From Deltaproteobacteria bacterium (GTDB taxonomy: Bacteria > Desulfobacterota > Binatia > UBA1149 > JAJCZL01): DNA of 64,000 bases. The stretch lies in assembly GCA_029262415.1 (NCBI GenBank), contig JAJCZL010000058.1:135712-199711 (forward strand), given 5' to 3'. Below, in pieces: positions 47,893-60,488 of this stretch. Under the pieces are notes generated by a model that saw only the letters and a program-made list of their open reading frames with translations, was not told the origin of the DNA and did not search any database. The stretch's first letter is position 1; each line of letters begins with the position of its first letter. The translations under genes and the position numbers were made by a program.

Positions 47893-48584
47893 AGCGGAAT
47901 CAGAATCGAACACTCGGGCCGTGCGGCTTCAACATTCGCTTCGACTAGCCAGCCGAAGCGGGCGAGAATTCGAGCACCGAGTTTGGCCGATACGTCTTCC
48001 AGAGCGGAGCCCGGCGACCAGGTCTGCTCGGCGATCGAGAACACCTCTAACGCGGGAGCTTGAAGGCGTAGACGTACGCACGTACCAGCGCCAAAACACT
48101 CGGACGTCACGCTGACCTCAGCCTTCATGACGTCTTCGCCAGTCCCGCAACCGATGGCGTCGCCGAGCATGTCGAGGGCGCGATCCAATGGCATGGGATC
48201 GACGGGAATCTCGCGCGATGCGGCATCGCCGAGCACAGTGGGATCAAAAATCGACCGGGCACCGAGGCGTGCGAGAATACGTTCGAGTAGGTCAGCGGCC
48301 GGGACATTGAAAGTGCGAACGTGGACCGGGCGCAGGAGATCGGCCGCACGACTAATAAGCTTGTGGGTGTCACCGATCGAGGCCCGCATACTCTCGGCGG
48401 CCTCCAGGCCGGTGGGATCGCCGCTGACCTTCTCCTCGAGCACCTCGCACCAGAAATACATCCGGTGGACCAGGTTGGCGATGTCGTGCTCAACCTCCCC
48501 CGCGACGCTTTCGAGTTCTTCTTCGGGAAGCGACGGTTCGGTACCAGGCGAGTACCGTGCATGGGTATGTAAAACTTCGGCCAT
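47889..48584 (-). CDS. Hypothetical protein with histidine-kinase-like H-box (degenerate HK paralog?)
   Basis: HDIANLVHRMYFW resembles the DHp H-box of the neighbouring kinase. No clear ATPase boxes. Stop codon coincides with the IS target site. Confidence 0.4.
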   Translation of the reverse strand: MAEVLHTHARYSPGTEPSLPEEELESVAGEVEHDIANLVHRMYFWCEVLEEKVSGDPTGLEAAESMRASIGDTHKLISRAADLLRPVHVRTFNVPAADLLERILARLGARSIFDPTVLGDAASREIPVDPMPLDRALDMLGDAIGCGTGEDVMKAEVSVTSECFGAGTCVRLRLQAPALEVFSIAEQTWSPGSALEDVSAKLGARILARFGWLVEANVEAARPECSILIPL

Positions 48585-48691
48585 GCCTGACCCGATGCAC
48601 GAACGGTGCCAAGCACATCTGCCCGGATTTACTGAAAAAATGCCACCCTAAGCGCATAACTTCGCTGTTCGGGCGTTGCCGTCGTGCCGCT

Positions 48692-48719
48692 TTGACATCG
48701 GTGCGCGCAGGTCTATAAC
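48692..48719 (+). promoter_or_regulatory. Sigma-70-like promoter TTGACA-N16-TATAAC upstream of kdsB
   Basis: Read from sequence. Confidence 0.4.
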
Positions 48720-48724
48720 GAACT

Positions 48725-48760
48725 CCCGTGGTCGCGCGTAGGCGCTCCCACGGTTTTTTT
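48725..48760 (+). terminator. GC-rich hairpin (CCGTGG...CCACGG with inner GCGC/GCGC) followed by T7, in the kdsB leader
   Basis: Read from sequence. Lies between the predicted -10 and the kdsB ATG. Confidence 0.3.
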
Positions 48761-49504
48761 ATGCCCGATTCCGGCAACGCCGCGGTCGCAGTAATACCCG
48801 CAAGGTACGGATCGACACGGGTGCCGGGAAAACCCCTGGCAGATATCGGCGGCAAGCCGATGATCGAGCACGTCTACCGCCGCACGCTCCTCGCGACAAC
48901 CCTTGACCGTGTAATCGTAGCAACCGACGACGAACGCATCGCGCAGGCACTGGACGGTATCGCCGAGGTCGCGATGACGCGCGCTGATCACCCCAGCGGC
49001 ACCGATCGCGTTGCCGAGGTCGTGATGAACCTGGAGACCGACATAGCCGTGAATGTTCAGGGGGATCTCCCGCTACTGGATCCGGCGATGATTGACGCGC
49101 TGGTCGTAGCGCTGCGGATGGATGTAACGCTGGGGATGGCGACATTGGCCGTAGCGGTGGCCAACCGTGCCGAAATCGATGACCCCTCGGTCGTCAAAGT
49201 CGTCTGCGACGCTGCCGGGCGCGCGCTCTATTTCTCGCGCGCAGCGATACCCCACCACCGTGATACAGCAGGCGGGACCGCCGGCGCACTGCACCACGTA
49301 GGTATCTATGCTTACCGTAAAGAAACCCTGCTTCGGCTCGCCTCACTGGCCCCCACACCGCTAGAGTGCGCAGAAAAACTCGAACAACTACGGGCACTTG
49401 AGAACGGTATCGCGATTGGTGTGGTGACTGTTGAGGGAACTCCGCTGGAAGTAGATACCAGCGAAGATCTGGAACGTGCGCGCGAAGCCATTACGCGTTT
49501 GTAG
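48761..49504 (+). CDS. kdsB: 3-deoxy-manno-octulosonate cytidylyltransferase (CMP-KDO synthetase)
   Basis: VAVIPARYGSTRVPGKPL... Confidence 0.85.
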   Translation: MPDSGNAAVAVIPARYGSTRVPGKPLADIGGKPMIEHVYRRTLLATTLDRVIVATDDERIAQALDGIAEVAMTRADHPSGTDRVAEVVMNLETDIAVNVQGDLPLLDPAMIDALVVALRMDVTLGMATLAVAVANRAEIDDPSVVKVVCDAAGRALYFSRAAIPHHRDTAGGTAGALHHVGIYAYRKETLLRLASLAPTPLECAEKLEQLRALENGIAIGVVTVEGTPLEVDTSEDLERAREAITRL

Positions 49505-49562
49505 GCAGGCAACGGCGCGAGCACGGCGTTGACGGCAAGACTGCGCAGCCGCGTTTTGCTAA

Positions 49563-52107
<2,545 letters not shown>

Positions 52108-52111
<4 letters not shown>

Positions 52112-53094
52112 CCGGGGCACGAACGCCTAACGTAAGCGCCGCGATCGAAACCGCCCGACGGGTCATCGACATCGAGATAGAGGCACTGCGCGGTATCCGC
52201 GCACGCCTGGGCGAGAGCTTTGAGCGCGCGGTTGTGCTCGTCAAGGACTGCAAAGCTCGCACGGTGATCACCGGTATGGGCAAGTCGGGTCAGATATGCC
52301 GCAAGCTCGCAGCGACGTTGTCCTCGACCGGAACCTCAGCTTTATTCGTCCACGCAGCCGAGGCCGCACACGGCGACCTCGGAATGTTCACGCGCGGCGA
52401 CGTATGCATCGCGGTTTCGAACAGCGGAACGACCGAAGAACTCGTCACTCTTCTACCGTCGATCAAGCGTTTCGGAATTCCGTTGATAGCGATGACCGGC
52501 GGTCTCGACTCGCCGCTTGCCCAAGCCGCTGATGTGTTGCTCGATATCCGCGTGGATCGTGAAGCGTGCCCGCTCAACCTCGCACCGACGGCAAGCACCG
52601 CGGCAACGCTGGCGATGGGAGACGCACTTGCGGTCGCTGTTTTCGAAGCCAAGGGTTTTACCGATCGCGACTTTGCAGTGCTTCACCCCGGGGGCGCGCT
52701 CGGGCGCAAACTGATGCGGGTTTCCGACGTCATGCACGCCTCCGTTGACATCCCACTGGTGAAATCAGGCACCGCGCTGGCAACAACCCTCGATACGATG
52801 ACCAACGGCCGCATGGGCGCTGCCGGCGTCGTCGACCCAAGCGGCGCACTCATCGGCGTAGTCACAGACGGAGATCTGCGCCGTGCAACGATCAAACACG
52901 GCGACCTGTCGGGATTGAAAGCCGACGACATCATGACAGCCGCACCCAAGACCATCGACGGCAGCAGCCTAGCAGCCGGAGCGCTCGCGATCATGGAACA
53001 GCACTCGATCACAAGCCTCTTCATCGTCAACCCCGACCGCACGCCGGCGGGTATTGTCCACCTTCACGATTTGTTGCGGGCCGGCGTGGCCTGA
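52108..53094 (+). CDS. kdsD: Arabinose-5-phosphate isomerase KdsD/KpsF (SIS + CBS)
   Basis: GMGKSG...SNSGTTEE plus tandem CBS domains. Confidence 0.85.
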
Positions 53095-53104
53095 GAACCA
53101 CGCG

Positions 53105-53806
53105 GTGAAACGAAACCTCGTCCGCGCCTTTTTAGCGGTGATTATCTTGGTCGGAGTACCACTGGCCTTTATCCGCGGCGGCGACAAGATTTCGCTGGAA
53201 AGCGTCCTCGATCTCACCTCGGGCGGTATCGACCGTCTACCCGAACTCCTGCAACGCATCCGTAACTTTCACCGAATCGTCACCCGCGACGGCCGTCGCC
53301 TGCTCGAGGTATCAGCGAAAGAAGCAAGCTTTTTCAAAGACGATCGTGCGGTGGTCGTCAAAGAGCCGAGGATTATCTTCTACGACGGTGGCCAGAAGTT
53401 CGCCGTGGTGCGTTCCGACGAGGCGCGCATCTTCTTCACAAGTGCCGATGTTGACGAGGTCCGGCTCCAGGGTGGCGTCGAGTTCGAACTCGACCGTTTC
53501 CAACTGACCGCCGACTACGTGGTCTTCAGCACCCTGAATGCGACAATCGACGCGAGCGGAAAGGTCAACCTGAAGTCGCCCGAACTCAGCTTGCGCGGCG
53601 ATAGACTGCGGATCGACATCGCCACGCGACGCTTGATTGCCGACCACAACGTACGGCTACACGTCGTTCAGACAGCCGCGGCGCCGGCCACGAAAACCTA
53701 CAGCAACGCGGACGCCGTCCCGGACACCGCGCCCGCGACGGGCGGCACAGGCGCGGCTCCGCCCTCGATGGCTCCGTCCAAAGATACCGTGAGCCCTGCC
53801 GGATGA
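53105..53806 (+). CDS. lptC: LPS export periplasmic protein LptC
   Basis: N-terminal TM anchor. Position between kdsD and lptA. GTG start at 53105 chosen. Confidence 0.55.
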   Translation: MKRNLVRAFLAVIILVGVPLAFIRGGDKISLESVLDLTSGGIDRLPELLQRIRNFHRIVTRDGRRLLEVSAKEASFFKDDRAVVVKEPRIIFYDGGQKFAVVRSDEARIFFTSADVDEVRLQGGVEFELDRFQLTADYVVFSTLNATIDASGKVNLKSPELSLRGDRLRIDIATRRLIADHNVRLHVVQTAAAPATKTYSNADAVPDTAPATGGTGAAPPSMAPSKDTVSPAG

Positions 53807-54456
53807 AAGACCAACGAGCCATCGACGCCGGTGAATCAACCCGCGCACGTGCCTCGCAAGTGCCGTCGGCAGTGGTCATCGGGCTAGCGCTTCTGTTTGC
53901 TGCCCTACCCGCCGCACATGAGGCGGAGGCCCAGGACAACACACGACGCGCCAATGACGTGATCGATGCCATTTCCGGCTCGATCGGCGTACTTGAACTC
54001 TCCGGGCTGCCCGAAGCGCTCGAAGTTGAAGCCGACCATTTCGAGTACGACTACCAGACCGGGGCCCTTCGCTGCAGCGGTAACGTCACCGTGAAGCAAG
54101 GCGAGGTACGCTTGTACGCCGGAGAACTGAGGGTAGTCTCTATCACTGCCGGGAAGCTCACCTTCCGACGCATTACGGCGCTAGGCAGAGTAAAAGTGTC
54201 CAAAGGAAAAGAAACCGCAACCGGAGACCGCGCTGTCTACGACCAGGGCAGCGCCACGATTACGCTCACCGGTGACGCACGACTCAGCTCGGGCAATAAA
54301 ACTGTCAGCGGCGAAAAAGTTGTTTTCAATCTTGACGAAGGTCGCGCCGAGGTCCGCAGCACGCAAGGCCCGGTCCGTGCGGTGATCGACACCGGCGTTG
54401 GAAGCGGCGATCCGCCCTTAGACGAACTCGACGATTTCGGAGACGGAAACCGGTGA
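53803..54456 (+). CDS. lptA: LPS transport periplasmic protein LptA (OstA-like)
   Basis: Signal peptide plus OstA-N jellyroll motifs. Confidence 0.7.
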   Translation: MKDQRAIDAGESTRARASQVPSAVVIGLALLFAALPAAHEAEAQDNTRRANDVIDAISGSIGVLELSGLPEALEVEADHFEYDYQTGALRCSGNVTVKQGEVRLYAGELRVVSITAGKLTFRRITALGRVKVSKGKETATGDRAVYDQGSATITLTGDARLSSGNKTVSGEKVVFNLDEGRAEVRSTQGPVRAVIDTGVGSGDPPLDELDDFGDGNR

Positions 54457-55184
54457 GCGAAACAGTCGAACTCCGTGCCGAGGAGCTGATCAAGTCCTAC
54501 GGACGCCGTCGCGTCGTTGATCGGCTGTCACTCAACGTCGACCAGGGCGAAATCGTCGGCTTACTTGGACCCAACGGCGCGGGTAAGACCACGTCCTTCC
54601 ATATGATCGTCGGCTTCGAGCGCCCTGACGAGGGCGATATACTGCTCGGCAACCGCAGCCTGGCTGGGTTGCCTATGTACGAGCGCGCGCGTCTCGGCAT
54701 CTCCTACCTGCCGCAAGAAGCCTCGGTGTTCCGTGGCCTGACGGTCGAAGAGAACATCATGGCCATCATCGAAGGCCTCGGGGTTCCGGCTGACGAGGGC
54801 AGCAAACGGCTCGAGGACCTGCTCGAGGAGTTCGGGGTCTCGCACCTGAGGACTACCCGCGGAGCAGCGCTGTCAGGTGGCGAGCGGCGCAGGGTCGAGA
54901 TCGCCCGATCCCTGGTGACTCAACCCAAGTTCGTTCTACTCGATGAGCCTTTTGCCGGAATCGACCCGATTGCGGTGATCGAGATTCAGGCAATCATTTC
55001 TCAGTTGAAAAGCCACGGAATTGGTATTCTGATAACTGACCACAACGTGCGGGAAACACTGGGAATTTGCGATCGAGCCTACATACTGAACCAGGGACGC
55101 GTCCTAGAGGAAGGCCCACCGGAGTACATCGCCTCAAGCAAGAAGGCTCGCGAGATCTACTTAGGCGAGCGCTTCAGGCTCTGA
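54453..55184 (+). CDS. lptB: LPS export ABC transporter ATPase LptB
   Basis: Walker [33 protein letters not shown]. Confidence 0.9.
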   Translation: MSETVELRAEELIKSYGRRRVVDRLSLNVDQGEIVGLLGPNGAGKTTSFHMIVGFERPDEGDILLGNRSLAGLPMYERARLGISYLPQEASVFRGLTVEENIMAIIEGLGVPADEGSKRLEDLLEEFGVSHLRTTRGAALSGGERRRVEIARSLVTQPKFVLLDEPFAGIDPIAVIEIQAIISQLKSHGIGILITDHNVRETLGICDRAYILNQGRVLEEGPPEYIASSKKAREIYLGERFRL

Positions 55185-55217
55185 TCTCAGGCCCGTGCAA
55201 GTAGGGCCGCACACCAC

Positions 55218-56699
55218 ATGGCACTTGAGCAAAGGCTAAATCTATCGGTCAAGCAGACCCTGAATCTGCGCATGACCCCGCAACTCCGGCAGGCGATCAA
55301 AATCCTGCAGGTGTCGCGCCCAGAGCTTGAGAGCATGGTCTCAGACGAACTCTGCCAGAATCCTACGCTCGAAGAAGCCGAGGGAATGCCCGATGCGGGT
55401 GAGTATGCATCGCGCACCGGCGACATCGAGACCAGCGAGTCCGAGCCGGTCGCCGAACCCACCTCGAACGCCGACACCGGCGACTCTACCCAGATGGAGA
55501 AGATCGACTGGGACGACTACGTAGACCGCTACTCCGGTGACTTCCACGGTTCGGTTTCCGGCGGATCGGACCGCGACGACGGTCGCACGAGCATTTTCGA
55601 AAACACCGCGAAGACCGAAGAAACGCTGACCGAGGTCTTGGAAGACGAGCTCAACATTATCGCGATGAGCGAAGAAGAGCGCCGGATCGGCCGCGTGATC
55701 GTCAACAATCTTAACAGCGACGGCTACCTTTCTTGCTCGACCGAAGAACTCGCATTTATGGCACAAACCACCGTGGAGATGATCGACGAGGTTCGCGAGA
55801 TCGTCCAAGAACTCGAGCCGGTCGGCTGCGGGTGCATCAATCTACGCGAATGCCTGCTCATCCAGTTAAAGCTGCAGGGTTACGAGCCCGACGACTACGT
55901 CATTGCCATCGTCAACGGGCAACTCAAGGAACTCGAGGCACGCCGCTACGACAGGATCGCCAAGACCCTCGGCTGTAACGAAGATGAGGTCGTCGAAGCC
56001 CACAAGATCATCCGTAGCCTGGAACCCAAACCGGGCAGCAATTACGGCCAGGGCGAAACCCGGTTCATTCAACCGGACTGCTACGTACACAAAGTCGGCG
56101 ACGATCTGGTCGTCACCCTCAACGAAGAAGGGCTCCCGGCCCTGCGTGTGAGCCCGTACTACGAAAAACTCCTCAAGACCGAGCTACCGCCCGGCGATGC
56201 TCGCGGCTATATCCAGGAAAAGGTCCGTGCGGCGGTGTGGATGATCCGCTCGATCGAACAGCGCCAGCGCACCCTCCGCAAAGTCACTGAAAGCATCGTC
56301 AGCCATCAGCGCGAATTCTTCCTCCACGGTGTCCAGCATCTCAAGCCAATGGTCCTCAAGGACGTCGCCAACGACATCGGCATGCACGAGTCCACGGTTA
56401 GCCGCGCCACGTCCAACAAATACGTGCAAGTGGACCGCGGCCTCTACGAGCTGAAATACTTCTTCACCAGCAGTCTGAAGGGTACCGACGGCAGCGATTT
56501 TTCTTCTGAGAGCGTGAAGGAAAAGATCCAGGAGATCATTGGCAAAGAGGACCCGCGCAAACCTCTGAGCGACCAGGTAATCGCCGCCCAGTTGGCCAAG
56601 GAACATGTTGACATCGCACGACGAACGGTGGCCAAATACCGAGAATTCCTGGGCATACTACCGTCGTCAAAGCGAAAGAGGTATAAAGACGCAGACTGA
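55218..56699 (+). CDS. rpoN: RNA polymerase sigma-54 factor
   Basis: RpoN box ARRTVAKYRE at the C-terminus. Conserved N-terminal region. Confidence 0.95.
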   Translation: MALEQRLNLSVKQTLNLRMTPQLRQAIKILQVSRPELESMVSDELCQNPTLEEAEGMPDAGEYASRTGDIETSESEPVAEPTSNADTGDSTQMEKIDWDDYVDRYSGDFHGSVSGGSDRDDGRTSIFENTAKTEETLTEVLEDELNIIAMSEEERRIGRVIVNNLNSDGYLSCSTEELAFMAQTTVEMIDEVREIVQELEPVGCGCINLRECLLIQLKLQGYEPDDYVIAIVNGQLKELEARRYDRIAKTLGCNEDEVVEAHKIIRSLEPKPGSNYGQGETRFIQPDCYVHKVGDDLVVTLNEEGLPALRVSPYYEKLLKTELPPGDARGYIQEKVRAAVWMIRSIEQRQRTLRKVTESIVSHQREFFLHGVQHLKPMVLKDVANDIGMHESTVSRATSNKYVQVDRGLYELKYFFTSSLKGTDGSDFSSESVKEKIQEIIGKEDPRKPLSDQVIAAQLAKEHVDIARRTVAKYREFLGILPSSKRKRYKDAD

Positions 56700-56739
56700 C
56701 GCCGGTACTGTTTTGCTCCGGCGAGAGGAACATACTGCC

Positions 56740-57294
56740 GTGCAAATATCCGTAACCTTCCGCCACATAGACTCTTCAGATGCGCTTTCTGACTACGCGA
56801 CCGAGAAAATCGGAAAACTTGCAGCCAAGTACCTAAAGAATACCGAATCGGCCCACGCCATACTTTCGGTCAACAAGCACCGCCACCAGGCCGAGATCAA
56901 CATTCACGCCTCGCACTTCGATATCTCAGCGCACGAGGTCACCGACGATCTGTATTCGGCGATTGATCTGACGCTCAACAAGCTCGAAAGGCAGCTGCGC
57001 AAGCACAACGACAGACTCAACCACCATAAGGGACGTAACTCCGTAGCGAGAAAATCCTTTCCTGTGCACGTCGATGTGTTCGACGCCGAAGGTCTGAAAG
57101 GCTCCGACGCGGCGCGGAAAGTGATCGAGACCGACGCGATCCCGGCGAAGCCCCTGACCGTCGATGATGCGATCCTGCAACTGGAACTCAGCAACAACGA
57201 GTTCTTAGTTTTCCACGACGCCGAGCGCGACCGAATCTCCGTGATCTACAAACGCCGCGACGGCAACTACGGCTTGATCGCCCCCAACACGTGA
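56740..57294 (+). CDS. hpf: Ribosome hibernation promoting factor (long HPF)
   Basis: QISVTFRHIDSSDALSDYATEKIGKL... GTG start with RBS gagagga. Confidence 0.85.
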   Translation: MQISVTFRHIDSSDALSDYATEKIGKLAAKYLKNTESAHAILSVNKHRHQAEINIHASHFDISAHEVTDDLYSAIDLTLNKLERQLRKHNDRLNHHKGRNSVARKSFPVHVDVFDAEGLKGSDAARKVIETDAIPAKPLTVDDAILQLELSNNEFLVFHDAERDRISVIYKRRDGNYGLIAPNT

Positions 57295-57304
57295 CTCTAG
57301 GCCG

Positions 57305-57778
57305 ATGAACGCATGTGACATCCTCGACCCCCGCAGGGTCGTGCTCGACATCCACGGGACTAATAAGCGCGAGATCATCGAGCAACTCTCGCGTACCGTC
57401 ATTGACACCCACCCTGAGATCGACCTCGAGAGTCTCGTCGATGCGCTTGTCGCGCGTGAGGAAGCGAGCACTACGGCAATCGCCGATGGCATCGCCATAC
57501 CTCACGGTAAGGTCACGCTCGGTGAAGAAGTCATCGCGGCGTTCGGCCGCTCAAAACAAGGACTGAACTTCGAGTCGATCGACGGCAGCCCGACCCACTT
57601 GTTCTTCCTCTTGGTATCGCCCAACGACCACCCGTCGCTGCACCTACGCTGGCTGGCCCACCTGGCTGTTCTACTGAAAAACCCGGATCTGCGCACGTCA
57701 CTGCGCGAAGCGGACACGATCGTGGAGATTTTCGAGACCCTCAAGAAGGAAGAACAGGCTCTGAGCGAGGCACAGTGA
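57305..57778 (+). CDS. ptsN: PTS-Ntr EIIA (nitrogen regulatory protein PtsN)
   Basis: GIAIPHGK...LFFLLVSP. Confidence 0.85.
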   Translation: MNACDILDPRRVVLDIHGTNKREIIEQLSRTVIDTHPEIDLESLVDALVAREEASTTAIADGIAIPHGKVTLGEEVIAAFGRSKQGLNFESIDGSPTHLFFLLVSPNDHPSLHLRWLAHLAVLLKNPDLRTSLREADTIVEIFETLKKEEQALSEAQ

Positions 57779-58671
57779 TCGCCGGGCGCGCCGCAAAACC
57801 CGTCGACGTTATCGTCGTTACGGGGATGTCGGGCTCCGGAAAAAGCTCGGCGATCACGGCTCTCGAAGACCAGCGATACTACTGCGTTGACAACCTTCCA
57901 ACGGTTCTGGCCGAACGCTTCATCGAGGTATGTGCGGAGTCGGGCGAGGAGATGTCGCACGTAGGTCTTGGCCTCGACCTGCGCGACGAAACCTATATTG
58001 CCGGTTGGCCCGAAGTGCGCCGTACGCTGGAAGCCGCCGGACACAAGGTCTTCGTCGTATTCCTCGACGCCTCCGACGGTGTCTTACTGCGCCGTTTCTC
58101 CGAGACCCGCCGGTCGCACCCCCTCGGTGCCAACTACGACCTACCGGAGGCCATCGCCAAGGAACGCGAACTGCTCGACGGCGTGCGTGAAGCGGCAGAT
58201 ATGGTAGTCGACACCAGCGATTACAACGCCCGCGAGCTCAAACGCCGCATGATCGAAACCGTCGCGCAGACAGCCACGGCGCTTGGGAAAAAACCCGCAA
58301 TCACCGTGCGCAGCTTCGGCTTCAAGTACGGCAACCCGACCGACGCCGACCTGGTCTTCGACGTGCGCTTCGTCCCGAATCCCTACTTCGTCGAAGAACT
58401 CAGACCGCTGACCGGTTTGGACGCCGCGGTCGCCAAGTACGTCCTCGAACGCGAGGAAACCCAGAAATTCCTCAAACACGTGGGATCGCTGCTGGATTTC
58501 CTGCTTCCTTTGTACGCAGCCGAAGGAAAGGCCTACCTAACCCTGGCTACCGGCTGCACCGGCGGGCGCCACCGCAGTGTCGCGATCGCCGAGGTTCTGG
58601 CCAGAGGCCTGCACGACGAAGGATATTCCGTGATGCTCCGGCACCGCGACGTCGAACGGAATGTGTCGTGA
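57775..58671 (+). CDS. rapZ: RNase adapter protein RapZ (YhbJ)
   Basis: VIVVTGMSGSGKSSA...DNLP... Confidence 0.9.
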   Translation: MIAGRAAKPVDVIVVTGMSGSGKSSAITALEDQRYYCVDNLPTVLAERFIEVCAESGEEMSHVGLGLDLRDETYIAGWPEVRRTLEAAGHKVFVVFLDASDGVLLRRFSETRRSHPLGANYDLPEAIAKERELLDGVREAADMVVDTSDYNARELKRRMIETVAQTATALGKKPAITVRSFGFKYGNPTDADLVFDVRFVPNPYFVEELRPLTGLDAAVAKYVLEREETQKFLKHVGSLLDFLLPLYAAEGKAYLTLATGCTGGRHRSVAIAEVLARGLHDEGYSVMLRHRDVERNVS

Positions 58672-58946
58672 CCAAACAGGGCAAGGCCGCCGGACAGTTT
58701 ACGATCTCCAACGAACTCGGCCTACACTTTCGCGCCGCCGCGATGGTGGTCCGTACTGCGGGCGCGTTTAAGAGCCGCGCGACCATATCGAACGGCTCAG
58801 CCAAAGCCTCGGCTAGTAGCGTGCTCGACCTTCTCACCCTGGCCGCGACGCGCGGAACCACAGTGACCATCAGCGCCGAGGGCGACGATGCGGTCGACGC
58901 GGTTGAGGCATTAGGAGCCCTGATCAATCGGCATTTCGCAGAGTGA
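58668..58946 (+). CDS. ptsO: HPr-family phosphocarrier NPr
   Basis: GLHFRAAAMVV...SVLDLLTL. Confidence 0.8.
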   Translation: MTKQGKAAGQFTISNELGLHFRAAAMVVRTAGAFKSRATISNGSAKASASSVLDLLTLAATRGTTVTISAEGDDAVDAVEALGALINRHFAE

Positions 58947-58983
58947 GGGCGGGGCTTGGCGGGGGAGTTCGAGAAGAGGAAGC

Positions 58984-59090
58984 GGCGCTGCTTCGCAGCG
59001 GCCGAAGATGGCGCTGCTTTGCAGCGGCCGAAGATGGCGCTGCTTTGCGGCGGCCAGGGAGACACCGTTGCGCTCCGCGGCGGCCAGGGG
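58984..59090. repeat. About 4 tandem copies of a 26-bp unit GGCGCTGCTTTGCAGCGGCCGAAGAT, each with a small hairpin CGCTGC-TTT-GCAGCG; last copies degenerate
   Basis: Read directly: copies at 58984-59009, 59010-59035, 59036-59061, about 59066-59090. Confidence 0.6.
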
Positions 59091-59229
59091 CCGCCTTGGT
59101 TCCGTCGGGCTCGCCGGCTCGCCCTCCTCACACCCTCCTCAAGATTGCGCCGGTAGGGGTGCTGCGATATTCAGGCGGATCGACCCGTGATTTTCAGAGG
59201 ACGGAACGGCGGGCAACGCGAAAATATCT

Positions 59230-60387
59230 ATGAGTAAAAAAGAATTCACCTTCACTTCGGAGTCGGTTTCGGCGGGGCACCCCGACAAGCTTTGCGACCA
59301 GGTTTCCGATGCAGTTTTGGACGCCTACCTGGCCCAGGATCCCGACAGTCGCGTCGCGTGCGAAACCCTCGTCGCGACCAACCTGTGCGTCGTCGCCGGT
59401 GAGATCACCAGCAAGGGCAAGGTCGATCACGAAGCACTCATCCGCCGTGTCGTCGCCGAGATCGGGTACGTCGGCGTAGACGGTTTCGACGCCGATGCAA
59501 TCAGCATTTTTGTTCGCCTCGGCAAACAATCGCCCGATATTTCTCAGGGTGTCACCGTCGGACAAGGCAGGCACGAAGAACAAGGCGCCGGCGACCAGGG
59601 GCTGATGTTCGGTTACGCTTGCAACCAGACGCCCGAGCTAATGCCGCTCCCGATCGCTCTCTCGCACCGCCTCACGCACCGCATGCACGAAGCACGTGAG
59701 TCCGGAGAGGTCGGCTACTTGAAACCGGATTCGAAGAGTCAGGTGAGCATCGACTACGTCGATGGCAAGCCGAAACGAATTTCGACGGTCGTCATTTCAT
59801 CACAACACGCCGACTCAGCATCGAATGAAGAGATCCACCGCGACATCAGCGAGAAGATCATCAAGCCGGTGCTGCCGACCGAACTAGTTGACGCCGAGAC
59901 CGTCATGCACATCAACCCGACTGGACGCTTCGTCGTCGGTGGCCCCACCGGAGACTGCGGGCTTACCGGTCGCAAAATCATCGTCGATACCTACGGCGGC
60001 TGGAGCCGACACGGCGGAGGTGCATTCTCGGGCAAGGATCCGTCTAAAGTCGATCGCTCGGCCGCGTACATGGCCCGATATCTAGCCAAGAACGTGGTCG
60101 CATCGGGCCTCGCAACCGACTGTGAAGTGCAACTCGCATACGCGATCGGTGTAGCACAGCCGGTATCGGTCCTCGTCGATACGTTCGGGTCGAGCACGCT
60201 TGCTGCCGAGGCAATCTCGGCCAAATTGCGTGAACACGTAGACCTCCGCCCCGCCTCAATCGTGGAGCGTTTTGAACTGAAGCGCCCGATCTACCGTCCA
60301 ACCGCAGCCTACGGGCATTTCGGCCGAGAGGCCGTCGACGGCCTCTTCCCGTGGGAAAAAACCGATCTGGCATCACAACTGGGCTGA
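59230..60387 (+). CDS. metK: S-adenosylmethionine synthetase
   Basis: [13 protein letters not shown]...[19 protein letters not shown]. Confidence 0.95.
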   Translation: MSKKEFTFTSESVSAGHPDKLCDQVSDAVLDAYLAQDPDSRVACETLVATNLCVVAGEITSKGKVDHEALIRRVVAEIGYVGVDGFDADAISIFVRLGKQSPDISQGVTVGQGRHEEQGAGDQGLMFGYACNQTPELMPLPIALSHRLTHRMHEARESGEVGYLKPDSKSQVSIDYVDGKPKRISTVVISSQHADSASNEEIHRDISEKIIKPVLPTELVDAETVMHINPTGRFVVGGPTGDCGLTGRKIIVDTYGGWSRHGGGAFSGKDPSKVDRSAAYMARYLAKNVVASGLATDCEVQLAYAIGVAQPVSVLVDTFGSSTLAAEAISAKLREHVDLRPASIVERFELKRPIYRPTAAYGHFGREAVDGLFPWEKTDLASQLG

Positions 60388-60488
60388 TCTCGATCCGCCT
60401 GGATTGGCAGTTCGACACAATCGAAACCGTCGCACTTACGCGGCATATCGTCGCGCATAGGCGACTAAGTAAGGAAGAGAGTACTAAG

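Noticed and set aside
59090-59229. SAM-I/SAM-II riboswitch upstream of metK
   Set aside because: I could not recognise the conserved kink-turn/P3 core (GGCCC...GGC) or the SAM-II pseudoknot consensus by eye. Left as an open finding rather than a feature.
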